Source: a virus (lineage: Duplodnaviria; Caudoviricetes). From it: a stretch of DNA of 28,259 nt. The position numbers and the translations under genes were made by a program. The DNA lies in IMG/VR virus record IMGVR_UViG_3300020431_000027, positions 1-28,259 of that record. One strand, given 5' to 3'. Below, piece after piece: positions 16,861-26,914 of the stretch (position 1 is its first letter; each line of letters starts with the position of its first letter). Below the pieces are notes generated by a model. That model did no database searches and was not told the DNA's origin. It was given only the letters and a program-made list of their open reading frames with translations.

Positions 16861-17150
16861 AACAACTCTTTGTGGTGGAAACTGGTGACAACTCCTGCGT
16901 TACACATGATGGATATATTCAGATTGGTATCTTCAGTCATTCTGTAGAGAAGCATCTTGAGATGAATCCTTTGATTGATTGGCAAGTAACTTATTGGATG
17001 CCTGATCCATTTTGTATCAGATACAAGAGAATTAACTACCAGCATACAATGAAGGCGAATGAAGGTTCTCCTAAAACTGATAATGCTGGTGATAGTCGTC
17101 CTAGAGACTTCCCAGACCAAGCAACAAATAGACTGGAGAGAACCTTATGA
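16857..17150 (+). CDS. Hypothetical protein
   Basis: 97-aa ORF with a TTG start, an upstream GAGG Shine-Dalgarno and 4-nt overlaps with both neighbours. Confidence 0.75.
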   Translation: MKQLFVVETGDNSCVTHDGYIQIGIFSHSVEKHLEMNPLIDWQVTYWMPDPFCIRYKRINYQHTMKANEGSPKTDNAGDSRPRDFPDQATNRLERTL

Positions 17151-17326
17151 AAATTAATCTCTGGTACAGCAAATCAATGGAACAGTGGCGTTGGACACTG
17201 GTAGAAGAATGGAGAAATGGAGAAGTCCATACTGAGCAACATTCTGGTCAGCAACCAGAACTTCGTATTGCAATGAATGATGTAGCAAATACAGTAGAAT
17301 ATATACTTGACACCCAAAAAAAATAA
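17147..17326 (+). CDS. Small hypothetical protein (59 aa, not in ORF track)
   Basis: ATGA overlap and upstream GGAG. Translation: MKINLWYSKSMEQWRWTLVEEWRNGEVHTEQHSGQQPELRIAMNDVANTVEYILDTQKK. Confidence 0.75.
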   Translation: MKINLWYSKSMEQWRWTLVEEWRNGEVHTEQHSGQQPELRIAMNDVANTVEYILDTQKK

Positions 17327-17335
17327 TATTATGAT
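17307..17335 (+). promoter_or_regulatory. Sigma70-type promoter
   Basis: TTGACA (17307-17312)-N17-TATGAT (17330-17335). Confidence 0.65.
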
Positions 17336-17340
17336 AATTT

Positions 17341-17391
17341 GGTGTGAAGGAAGTCGTTAATTAACAACCCCCTAACTTGGGGGGTTTTTTT
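17341..17391 (+). ncRNA. Candidate small RNA of about 50 nt
   Basis: Lies between the sigma70 promoter and an intrinsic terminator with no credible ORF. Sequence: GGUGUGAAGGAAGUCGUUAAUUAACAACCCCCUAACUUGGGGGGUUUUUUU. Confidence 0.5.
17366..17391 (+). terminator. Rho-independent terminator
   Basis: AACCCCCTA-ACT-TGGGGGGTT stem-loop running into a T7 tract. Confidence 0.88.
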
Positions 17392-17394
17392 GTG

Positions 17395-17402
17395 GATAAA
17401 TA
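17395..17402 (+). promoter_or_regulatory. T4-like late promoter
   Basis: GATAAATA just after the terminator and 29 nt before the ATG at 17432. Confidence 0.75.
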
Positions 17403-17431
17403 TATCATAATAGATATCGTATGCGAGAAAG

Positions 17432-20400
17432 ATGCCGCTATCAAGACTTGATAACTTCCTCAAGAATGTACGTGGAAATATTCTGTATGTAAGTCCCAAT
17501 GACCTAGATTCTACTGATGATATTGATAATCAGGGAAACTCATTAGGGCGTCCATTTAAGACAATCCAAAGAGCACTCATTGAGGCATCAAGATTTTCTT
17601 ATCAAAAGGGTCTTGATAATGATAGATTTGGTAAGACTACCATTGTATTATATCCTGGTGATCATGTTGTTGACAACAGACCTGGGTGGATTCCACTTAC
17701 TGGACCAGTTTATAGATTGAGAGATGGAAGTACCTCTAATGAATTTCCTCCATTTAATACTTTATCTAACTTTGATGTAGATTCTCCAACAAATCAACTA
17801 TACAAATTAAATAGTGTTCATGGTGGTGTAATTATTCCACGTGGTGTGTCCATTGTGGGTATGGATCTACGTAAAACTAAGATTCGTCCTAAGTATGTTC
17901 CAAATCCTGAAAATAGCAATATTGAAAGAACTGCTATTTTTAGAGTAACTGGTGGTTCTTACTTTTGGCAGTTTACTATTTTTGATGGAAATCCAAATGG
18001 AAAGGTATATAAAGATTATTCAACAGCAGAATTTGTACCTAACTTCTCTCATCATAAAGTAACTGCTTTTGAATATGCAGATGGAGTTAATGATGTATAC
18101 ATTAATGACGCCTTTATTTCTAATACACAATATTCAAGAACTGATCTTGAGATGTATTATGAGAAAGTAGGACTTGCTTATGGACCTGCTTCTGGTAGAG
18201 CAATTGAACCAGATTATCCTTCATCTGGTCTTGATATTGAAGCAAAAATTGATGAGTATCGTATTGTTGGTCCTCAGGGTGGTGCAGTTGGTATTACTAG
18301 CATCAGAGCAGGTGATGGAGTCACAGCAACTACAAGTATTACTGTTGAATTAGAATCGCCTGGATTAGAAGGTTTAAATGTAGATACAGCATTCCAGATT
18401 AATGATTGTATTGATCCAGCATATAATGGTTCATTCCTTGTAGATAGTGTACTAACTAGAGATTCTTCTACTGGGAGAACCACCAAGTTTGTCTATAATG
18501 TAGGAAATGCTCCTACAGATGCTCTAGAGACTCCAGCATCTGCAAGTGTTGAATTGGATAATGATACCGTAACATCAGCATCACCTTACATATTTAACAT
18601 CTCATTGAGATCTGTTTACGGTATGTGTGGTATGCATGCTGATGGATCTAAGGCAACTGGATTCAAATCTATGGTTGTTGCTCAGTTTACTGGAGTATCA
18701 CTGCAGAAAGATGATAATGCATTCCTGAAATATGATAAGACAACAGGCACATTCCTGTATGCTAATAATGTTTCTAATATCCACAGTGATCCAGATGCAA
18801 AATATAGACCAGAATACACTAACTTCCATATTAAAGCATCAAATAATGCTATTTGTCAGTTAGTATCTATTTTTGCTATTGGTTATTCGCAGCAGTTTAT
18901 TACTGAAAGTGGTGGTGACTTTTCAGTTACTAACTCTAACTCTAACTTTGGAGAAATTGCTCTTAATTCAATTGGATTCAGAGAACAGGCGTTTTTGCAG
19001 GATGACGTTGGATATATTACACATATAATTCCTCCTCAAGAGATTCAAAGCTCTGATTTCAACCTTGAATATGATGCAATTGATGTGACCAATACTATTG
19101 GTATTTCATCTACAAATAGACTATATCTTTACAATAAAGTCAATGAATCAGTTCCTCCAAAAGGAGTTCTTCAAGGTCACAGAATTGGCGCAAAGATAAA
19201 TGATACTTTGAATGTTGGTATCACTAGTGATGGAACTCTGAAGACAAAGAGTGCTCGTATTGTGATGCAAGGTACTGAGAACACCACTAATCAGGTAACC
19301 TCAGTAAAGGCAAATATTGTTGGCAGAACTTCTAGTGGAATCAACAGTATCACAGCAAATGTAATTACTCTTGTTAAAAATCATCAGTTATTAAATGGTG
19401 AATCTATCAGATTTATTTCTGACACATCAAGATTGCCTGATGGTCTGATTAATAATAAGGTATATTATGCTGTAACTGATGGATTGAATGCCAATCAACT
19501 TAAAGTTGCATCTTCATTCAGTGAGGCATCAACAGGTCAATCAATCCCCATCAATAATAAGGGTGGAACAATCAAGATTGAAAGTAGAGTTAGTGATAAG
19601 ATTCCTGGTGGGGTAGGACACCCTATTCAGTTTGATACTAGTAATAATCAATGGTATATCAATGTAGGAACTGGATCCACAGATAATGATATCTACTCTA
19701 CATTAGTTGGTGTTGGAGTAAGCATATTAGGAACAGCAACATCCAGATCTTATATTGTGAGAAGGTCTGATGATAGGTCATTAAGTGATAAGATCTACAA
19801 ACTCAGATATGTTATTCCGTCTGGTGTTGGTATTACATCAGCAAGACCACCTAGAACTTCATTTGTTCTTCAAGAATCTAATGATGTAACAGGTTCTACA
19901 AATACTGAGGTTGCGCTTCAATACAATCCAAACTCAGTGACTATGAGCAATTCTGCTCAGATGAGAAACTTTAGATATATTTCTAATGCAGAATATTCTG
20001 GTGGCAACCTTAATTTTACAACTGAGATTCCACATGGTCTTAAGTCTGGGTCAAAAGTTAAGATTAATAATGTAACATGTACAGTTAATACTGTTGGACT
20101 AGCTAATTCTGGTTATAATGGTACATATACTGTAGTTAATGTATCAAATTCTAATAAGTTTGCTGTAACTTCACCTCCTACCAATCCAGGAACATTTACT
20201 AACAACACTTCACAGAGAACTACTTCACTGCCTAGTTATCAAAAAGTCCAGGCAGTAAATAACTACTTTGTTTATGATATAGACACAGTAAGAGAATATC
20301 AAAATGGTACTCAAGATGGTGTTTACTATCTAACTATTATTGATGCAAGCAATACACCAGATATTGCACCATTCAATGATTCAGAAAAATATTCATTCCC

Positions 20401-23293
20401 ACAATCAGTTAAAGATCTCTATCCTCAGTATGATAGGGACAATCCTTCCTCTGATCCAAAATCTGCAATTTCATATGCTTCTGCTGATACCTTAGGTTTG
20501 GTTGATGTTGATGATGTTAAGAATAGTCTCACAAAGACTGCTGTTGATAATATAGGGAATGATCTTGCTGTTGGTGTTGCTATCACAGACATCAGATCTA
20601 ATAGTGCTGGAACTGCACATACAATTTATACCAGTGTTGAGCATGGTCTAAACAGAATTGTCTCACTTCAAATTGTAAATGGTGGATCTGGATATGGTAA
20701 TGGAACAGGTGCTGTAGAGAGTTTCTATAATGCTTCATTTACTGGTGCTGGTGTTACAGGAAGGCAGGCAACTAGTAGAATTACAGTAAATGGTTCAGGA
20801 ACTATTACTGATATTGAGATGATGGATCCTGGATCTAACTATCAGGTTGGAGACAACCTGACTGTTGTTGGTGTTGCAGTAACAACTGGACATGTTGCTG
20901 CTTCTGTTGCTGTCACATCAATCTATAATAACATTGGAGACACATTTAGAATTAGTGGTATTACCTCTTTCGCATATGAAGGATATAATCAACTATACAC
21001 TATCAGTGGTTTTTCATCTACAACAGAGATTAATGTAAAGTCTTTAAATCCTGTTGAGTCATCTTCATCAAATGGAGTTGGTTTTGATAATACAACTAAT
21101 GCTTCACTTAGATTGACAGGACCAACTATTGATGTTTCTACACTTTCTTATGATAATGTAACTGGTTTAGCCACAGTTACCACATCCACTAATCATGGAT
21201 TCGGAGCAAGTAGTGCAGTCACATTATCTGGTGCTACCAATGGTCTATACAATGGCAATTTCTCTGTAAGCAGAGTTGTAAGTCTAACTTCATTCATTGC
21301 TAATATTGGAATTTCAACCAATAATCCTGCCACAACAGGTTCAATTAAGGCACATAATTCTGGACAGACAGCACAACCTGGTCTCATTTCAATATATGAT
21401 GAGAACTTTGGTGGTAGAGTTCTGAATATCTATGATGGAATTACTGCACAACTTTTAGCACAGGTTCCCAATACATCTGTTGATGAAATTTCCATTGATA
21501 ATTTCACAGCATATGACTTTAAGATTGGAGATTATCTGAAAATTGATGATGAGATTGTAAGAATCAAGACTACTGTTTCTTCTAACCCAATCAAAGTATT
21601 CAGAGGTCTGTTTGGAACACAACCATCAATTCATGCATTGGGGTCTATTGTTAGGAGAGTTAAGATTAGTCCTCTTGAACTCAGAAGACCATCTATTATG
21701 CGCGCCTCTGGGCATACATTTGAATATGTTGGTTATGGACCTGGCAACTATTCTACTGCTCTTCCTGAGAAACAAGCAAGACAGTTAACTATTAAAGAGC
21801 AACTTGTTTCTCAATCATTTAATAGTTCTGGTGGAGTTACAGTATTCACTGGTATGAATGATAGAGGTGACTTCTTTGTTGGTAACAGGAAGATTACATC
21901 TAGCACTGGTAAGGAAGAGGTGTTTGATACACCAATTCCTACTGTTACAGGTGAAGATGTATTTTCCCTTGGACCTGACACTGGAACAGATATCATCAAT
22001 CCTTCTGATATTACTGTCTCTAGAACTCTTAAAGTTGAAGGTGGTGGGCTTGGCGATCTCCTTTCACAGTTTGATGGACCTACACTTTTTTCCAAAAAAC
22101 TTACATCAACATCACCTGATGGTATTGAAGCAAATACCTTATTTTTGCAAGGCAATGCTCCTGTTTCTAGGAAACTTACAGTTTCAACATCAAAACCAAC
22201 ATTAGCAGGAACACCTGGTGACATTGCTCTGTATTCTGATGTTGATACTGCTGAGATTACTAATGTTGGTTGGGTATTCACTAAGCAGGGAACCTGGAAT
22301 CAATTTGGTGCTGTCAGTGTAGATAGTGGTTCTAATGTACCTACATTTGATGGTGTAGGAATTGGAACCACAACACCTGGAGAATGTACCTTAAAGGTTG
22401 GTTCTGGTTCTTCAATGTTCTGTGTAGATGGAGACGGCGTTGGTATTGGAACTACTGCTAATGGTGTTAAACTCAGAGTTCATGGAACAATTTTCTCTGA
22501 TGCATATGCTGGTGATGGATCACAATTAATTAATCTTGCCAATGATAGCCTCTTTGAAGCAGTTGGTACTGGTGGAACAGGTATTACACCACTTGGAAAT
22601 CTGAATGTTGGTATTGGAACAACAATTCCATCAGGTGAATTTGCATTACAAGTTGGAAGTCCAGGTATTGCTGGTACTAATCTATATGTCGCTAATGCAT
22701 CTAGATTTATTGGAACTGCTGATTTTGGTGATGTGGTCATTAGTGGCAAATTCACTTCTACTGACTACAACTTGAACTCCACATCAGGGTCAATAGTTGC
22801 TGGCATTATTACTGCAACTTCAATGGATGTAGGAGTTGGTTCTACAATCTTTACTATTACTTCAAATGGTGTAGGCATTGGATCTGCAATCCCACAAGCA
22901 TCTCTTGATGTTGTATCACCCACAAGACTTCAGTCATATTATGAGTTTGCAGAGACAGTCGTAAGTTCTAGTGGTGCAGCAACTCTTGACCTTTCTAAGG
23001 GACAAACATTCTTAAATACCACAACTGAGAATATTAGTAAGTTTATTCTTTCAAATCCTATTCCCAACTCAAGTTCTTCATTCTCACTTAGAATTACACA
23101 GGGAGCAATAGCAAGAACAGTTGCTATTGATGTATTTGAGACTTCAAGTGGTGTATCAATCCCAGTCTATTGGTCAGGTGGTGTTGCACCAATAGTGACA
23201 CCATCTGCAAATAAGACAGACATATATTCATTCATCACATTTGATGGTGGTGCTTCATTGTATGGCGTAACAGGAGGACAGAACTTCTCATGA
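17432..23293 (+). CDS. Large virion structural protein (1953 aa), fibre/baseplate-associated
   Basis: N-terminus MPLSRLDNFLKN...RPFKTIQRALIE..PRGVSIVGMDLRKTKIRP is beta-helix-like. It has repeated beta-barrel modules (HGL..G..V.I...YNG.Y.V), GVGIGTT fibre repeats and a C-terminal WSGGVAP..T...DIYSF domain. Confidence 0.85.
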   Translation: MPLSRLDNFLKNVRGNILYVSPNDLDSTDDIDNQGNSLGRPFKTIQRALIEASRFSYQKGLDNDRFGKTTIVLYPGDHVVDNRPGWIPLTGPVYRLRDGSTSNEFPPFNTLSNFDVDSPTNQLYKLNSVHGGVIIPRGVSIVGMDLRKTKIRPKYVPNPENSNIERTAIFRVTGGSYFWQFTIFDGNPNGKVYKDYSTAEFVPNFSHHKVTAFEYADGVNDVYINDAFISNTQYSRTDLEMYYEKVGLAYGPASGRAIEPDYPSSGLDIEAKIDEYRIVGPQGGAVGITSIRAGDGVTATTSITVELESPGLEGLNVDTAFQINDCIDPAYNGSFLVDSVLTRDSSTGRTTKFVYNVGNAPTDALETPASASVELDNDTVTSASPYIFNISLRSVYGMCGMHADGSKATGFKSMVVAQFTGVSLQKDDNAFLKYDKTTGTFLYANNVSNIHSDPDAKYRPEYTNFHIKASNNAICQLVSIFAIGYSQQFITESGGDFSVTNSNSNFGEIALNSIGFREQAFLQDDVGYITHIIPPQEIQSSDFNLEYDAIDVTNTIGISSTNRLYLYNKVNESVPPKGVLQGHRIGAKINDTLNVGITSDGTLKTKSARIVMQGTENTTNQVTSVKANIVGRTSSGINSITANVITLVKNHQLLNGESIRFISDTSRLPDGLINNKVYYAVTDGLNANQLKVASSFSEASTGQSIPINNKGGTIKIESRVSDKIPGGVGHPIQFDTSNNQWYINVGTGSTDNDIYSTLVGVGVSILGTATSRSYIVRRSDDRSLSDKIYKLRYVIPSGVGITSARPPRTSFVLQESNDVTGSTNTEVALQYNPNSVTMSNSAQMRNFRYISNAEYSGGNLNFTTEIPHGLKSGSKVKINNVTCTVNTVGLANSGYNGTYTVVNVSNSNKFAVTSPPTNPGTFTNNTSQRTTSLPSYQKVQAVNNYFVYDIDTVREYQNGTQDGVYYLTIIDASNTPDIAPFNDSEKYSFPQSVKDLYPQYDRDNPSSDPKSAISYASADTLGLVDVDDVKNSLTKTAVDNIGNDLAVGVAITDIRSNSAGTAHTIYTSVEHGLNRIVSLQIVNGGSGYGNGTGAVESFYNASFTGAGVTGRQATSRITVNGSGTITDIEMMDPGSNYQVGDNLTVVGVAVTTGHVAASVAVTSIYNNIGDTFRISGITSFAYEGYNQLYTISGFSSTTEINVKSLNPVESSSSNGVGFDNTTNASLRLTGPTIDVSTLSYDNVTGLATVTTSTNHGFGASSAVTLSGATNGLYNGNFSVSRVVSLTSFIANIGISTNNPATTGSIKAHNSGQTAQPGLISIYDENFGGRVLNIYDGITAQLLAQVPNTSVDEISIDNFTAYDFKIGDYLKIDDEIVRIKTTVSSNPIKVFRGLFGTQPSIHALGSIVRRVKISPLELRRPSIMRASGHTFEYVGYGPGNYSTALPEKQARQLTIKEQLVSQSFNSSGGVTVFTGMNDRGDFFVGNRKITSSTGKEEVFDTPIPTVTGEDVFSLGPDTGTDIINPSDITVSRTLKVEGGGLGDLLSQFDGPTLFSKKLTSTSPDGIEANTLFLQGNAPVSRKLTVSTSKPTLAGTPGDIALYSDVDTAEITNVGWVFTKQGTWNQFGAVSVDSGSNVPTFDGVGIGTTTPGECTLKVGSGSSMFCVDGDGVGIGTTANGVKLRVHGTIFSDAYAGDGSQLINLANDSLFEAVGTGGTGITPLGNLNVGIGTTIPSGEFALQVGSPGIAGTNLYVANASRFIGTADFGDVVISGKFTSTDYNLNSTSGSIVAGIITATSMDVGVGSTIFTITSNGVGIGSAIPQASLDVVSPTRLQSYYEFAETVVSSSGAATLDLSKGQTFLNTTTENISKFILSNPIPNSSSSFSLRITQGAIARTVAIDVFETSSGVSIPVYWSGGVAPIVTPSANKTDIYSFITFDGGASLYGVTGGQNFS

Positions 23294-25980
23294 GTCCATT
23301 ATCTTTTAATTTAAATAGGTCCATTCCAACAAATCTAAAGTTGAATGGGCCTGCAATAAGTTACTTAACTCAACCATCAACTACTACGTCTAGTTCACTA
23401 GGCATTGCTACATTTACTGGAATTGTTACTGCTACTTATCCAGCAGGTCAAGGAGACATTGTTGAAGGTAGTTTTGATTTTCATTGGTATCTTAACGATG
23501 TCGAACTTTTTAATTCTGCTAATATCAATATTTTTAGTACGGATAATGTATCTACATGTACATTCTTAAGTGCTGAAAGATCTGATAATGGAAAGATAGT
23601 ACATGTTGTTGCTGATTATATTCCTGCAACAAACGAGGCAAATGCTTATAATGATAATTTAAGTTCAGACAAATCCGCCATTTTAGTAAATCGATTTATT
23701 GAAATTGCTACTCAACCTGTGAGCACAACAATTGCTAGAGGTAGTTTTGGAACTTATACAGTAGATGCTAATCCTAAGGATCAATTAACATACCAATGGT
23801 ACGTCAATGGTGAAGCAGTAACTGATGGTCTTAAATCTTCTGGATATACATTTAGTGGGTCTAAAACTAGCGATCTTACAATTGATGTTGGATCTCAAGT
23901 TGTATTTCCTAGTGGTGCAATTTGTATTAGTGTAATTGATGAGTGTTCTAGAACACCAGAAACTATTCAGAATAGTTGGAATACCTTTAAAGAGAATCAT
24001 CCAACTAGATCTTTCTGGTTACTACAACCAACTGGATATGAACCAGATAGATTGAAGATTCCAAATAATTACTATAGCGATCCTCTTGCAAATTCTCCAA
24101 TCACAGTAAACAGAGATGACGGCGTTGCCACTAATACTAGTGATTGGTTTGAACTTTGTCAACTTAATACAGTTGCTTCTGGAACCAATATTTCTATATC
24201 TATTGATAACTCTGGCAGTACGACAACTGCTGAAGTCCAAGCATCTTTTGATTTGTTTAAAACAAAGTGTAGTGATGCAGGATTGATTGTCAAACTCGTT
24301 GATATGGGGTCAGAGGAAAACTGGGTAGCACCTCATGATGTAGCACTTAATGAAAACCTTATTCCAGCACAACAAAATGTTTATGTTGAATTGTCACACC
24401 CTGCTTGTTACAATGCTCCATTAAATAGTGATACAGTTAAGCTTAATCTTACAGAACCAAGAACAATAGTAAATTTTGAAGGATATAAAACAAACCAATC
24501 TGCTTTTTATAAATCAATAGGCAAAATTCTTAATTCAGAAATATCGACAGACTCAATTTCAATTACTAAAGATTCTTTTGGATCTGACTACGACTTAATT
24601 CAATTCTACTCTCCAGAAAAAGATATTCCTGTTCTAGTTAGAATGTATGGAGGTAATGGTGGCAATAATGCTTCAAATGTAGGAGGAAAAGGTGGATATT
24701 CTGCATTGAGATTTATCATGAGAAAAAATGAAGAATATACCATTCTTGGTATATCAAATAGTTCTGCATTATATCTTTATGAAAAAGCACAATTGATAGC
24801 AGTTGTGGGTCAGGGTGGTCAGGCTGGTATTAATGGTAATGGTGGTAATGGTGGTGGGACTATATCTCCAGGAAATTCTGGCATACATGCCACACTTGGA
24901 GATATTGCTGGTGGTGGTAATGCAGCAGGTCAACCAGGATTTACTGATTTATCTCTTAATGGTATTTTTGGATCCCTTTATCAAGAGAGCAATGTAAATA
25001 CCCAAAATGGAGACACTGTTGCATCTGGCACACAAGGAGGCAAAACTATCACCTGTACAAAAGGTAGTCATTTTATAAATCAAGGATTTGCACCTTGTGC
25101 TGATATCAATAGTTCTGCTTCTCCATCTAGACTCACACATGCTGACGGAACTCTTATGACACAAGGTTCAAATCTCATCAGAGGTTATAAGGCAGGATAC
25201 AATATTGTTGAAACTGAAGGTCTATCACCTAATGGTGGTATTGGAGGAAGAGGCGCTGAAGGAGGTAGTGGTGGAACTCAAGGGTCTGGTGGTGGAGGAG
25301 GTTCTGGTTGGTTTAGAAAAGGAACTGTATCTGTATCAGAAAGTCAAGTTGGCGGCAATGATGGCGAAGATTCTAAGATTACTATATTTTCTGTTGCTGG
25401 AAATAACATACCATTCCATGCAAATGCCCTAGTTGATGATACATTTAGTGGAGCTACAGGAACTGGTACTAGAATAGGTTTGACAAATGGAGATGCGCAG
25501 GGGCATTCAAATGGATTTAGGTATAGTGCAATAGGTGGCGACTATTATATGGAAGTCAGACTTACTACAACTACCTGGAATTGTAGTCATGGATTCATAG
25601 GACCTGTTGCCGGTGCTGCTTGGAGAGATCTTGGTTGGACTAGCAAATCTGGTGCAAGAATGATGTATTATCTCTGTAATAATTTCTCATATGGAGAACA
25701 GTCAGGATCATCAATTATATATTATTCAGAAGGCCATCAGCGCTCTGGTGCATTTGATGAGGGGAACATTATGGGATTTGCTATGAATTCATCTGCTGGT
25801 GCTGTTAATGTTTATCATCAAGGAGAACTTCTTGCTACTATAAGTAATCCAAAAGCTGTAAATGCAGGATTGAATGTAGCAGTTTCTGATTGGTATTATG
25901 GTCAAAAACTTGGGTGTGAGTCTTTATCACAACCATCACCATATAGCATATTCTATCAATTGCCTTCTGAAGGACTCTGA
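23290..25980 (+). CDS. Multi-domain fibre/adhesin-like protein (Ig-like, vWA-like, Gly-rich, SPRY-like)
   Basis: Ig-like TQP...FHWY and TQP...LTYQWYVNG, DNSGS motif, Gly-rich GGKGG/GGGGGSG region, and C-terminal YYMEV...GNIMGFAMN..G.V.VYHQG. Confidence 0.75.
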   Translation: MSPLSFNLNRSIPTNLKLNGPAISYLTQPSTTTSSSLGIATFTGIVTATYPAGQGDIVEGSFDFHWYLNDVELFNSANINIFSTDNVSTCTFLSAERSDNGKIVHVVADYIPATNEANAYNDNLSSDKSAILVNRFIEIATQPVSTTIARGSFGTYTVDANPKDQLTYQWYVNGEAVTDGLKSSGYTFSGSKTSDLTIDVGSQVVFPSGAICISVIDECSRTPETIQNSWNTFKENHPTRSFWLLQPTGYEPDRLKIPNNYYSDPLANSPITVNRDDGVATNTSDWFELCQLNTVASGTNISISIDNSGSTTTAEVQASFDLFKTKCSDAGLIVKLVDMGSEENWVAPHDVALNENLIPAQQNVYVELSHPACYNAPLNSDTVKLNLTEPRTIVNFEGYKTNQSAFYKSIGKILNSEISTDSISITKDSFGSDYDLIQFYSPEKDIPVLVRMYGGNGGNNASNVGGKGGYSALRFIMRKNEEYTILGISNSSALYLYEKAQLIAVVGQGGQAGINGNGGNGGGTISPGNSGIHATLGDIAGGGNAAGQPGFTDLSLNGIFGSLYQESNVNTQNGDTVASGTQGGKTITCTKGSHFINQGFAPCADINSSASPSRLTHADGTLMTQGSNLIRGYKAGYNIVETEGLSPNGGIGGRGAEGGSGGTQGSGGGGGSGWFRKGTVSVSESQVGGNDGEDSKITIFSVAGNNIPFHANALVDDTFSGATGTGTRIGLTNGDAQGHSNGFRYSAIGGDYYMEVRLTTTTWNCSHGFIGPVAGAAWRDLGWTSKSGARMMYYLCNNFSYGEQSGSSIIYYSEGHQRSGAFDEGNIMGFAMNSSAGAVNVYHQGELLATISNPKAVNAGLNVAVSDWYYGQKLGCESLSQPSPYSIFYQLPSEGL

Positions 25981-26004
25981 TTGGTTAACTGCGGTTTTAA
26001 GTTG

Positions 26005-26012
26005 TCTAAATA
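26005..26012 (+). promoter_or_regulatory. T4-like late promoter variant
   Basis: Intergenic TCTAAATA upstream of the ATG at 26049. Confidence 0.6.
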
Positions 26013-26048
26013 ATAAAAACTGAGGGGATAGTGAACCTCTGAGAACTT

Positions 26049-26888
26049 ATGGCTGTAAACAAGAATTTTGTAGTCAAGAACGGAATAGAGATTGCTGTAA
26101 ATTTAATTTATGGTGATACTGACCTACAGAAAGTTGGCATTGGTTCCACTACTCCACGCAGTTTGCTAGATGTCCATGGGGACTTTATAGCAGAAAAAGG
26201 TGCTTACATCACAGGCATTGCTACTGCTGTTGATGAACTAAATGTTGGACTAGGCGGCACTGCACTTACTGTTCTTAACTCTAATGGATTTAGTGGTTTT
26301 AATATCACAGATCCAGTATACAATGTAGATGTTAGGAGAAGAGCAGGAGCTGGAGATACAGCAGCATACTTCCATGGTCAAGTCAATGTAAATGGGACCC
26401 TGGTTCCAAATAACCTTAGAGTTGCTGGATTATCCACTCTCTCTAATGTGAATATTGATGATGGCGAAGTTGAAATTGCTAAATTAGAAGTAACTGGTAT
26501 TTCCACATTTGCTGATATTGAATATGATGAAGCAACAGGAAGGAATATCAACATCACTGGTGTTGGCACAATTTCCAACTTCAATGCAACAAATGCCTAT
26601 GTGTCTGGCATTACAACACTTGGAACAGTTGAAGTTTCAAATGGTCAGATTCAAGCAACTACTGGAATTGTAACTTATATTGGTGATGGATCACAACTTG
26701 TAGATCTACCAGTAGCAACAATTGGTCTAGGATCTGAGGGCCAGTTCATTGGTGCTGGTGTTACTCAAATTAACTTTAACTCAACTAGTGGATCTGCAAT
26801 TGCTGTTAATGCTGCAACAGCAGGCATTGCAACAGTTACTCTTACCCCAGGAGTATCAATTGGTCTTGCAATTGCTCTTGGATCTTGA
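26049..26888 (+). CDS. Tail fibre-like structural protein
   Basis: MAVNKNFVVKNG start, VGIGSTTP...LDV motif, repeated VTGISTF/ITGVGTI/VSGITTL, GDGSQL and a GLAIALG terminus. Confidence 0.8.
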   Translation: MAVNKNFVVKNGIEIAVNLIYGDTDLQKVGIGSTTPRSLLDVHGDFIAEKGAYITGIATAVDELNVGLGGTALTVLNSNGFSGFNITDPVYNVDVRRRAGAGDTAAYFHGQVNVNGTLVPNNLRVAGLSTLSNVNIDDGEVEIAKLEVTGISTFADIEYDEATGRNINITGVGTISNFNATNAYVSGITTLGTVEVSNGQIQATTGIVTYIGDGSQLVDLPVATIGLGSEGQFIGAGVTQINFNSTSGSAIAVNAATAGIATVTLTPGVSIGLAIALGS

Positions 26889-26914
26889 TACATATCTCTA
26901 ACACATAAGGAAAA

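Noticed and set aside
17356-17365. Palindrome GTTAATTAAC as an operator
   Set aside because: It is short and AT-rich, so plausible by chance. It is treated only as part of the candidate sRNA.
16420-17430. tRNA genes in the small-ORF region
   Set aside because: No T-loop GTTCRA with a cloverleaf fold was found by eye. tRNAscan-SE would be decisive.
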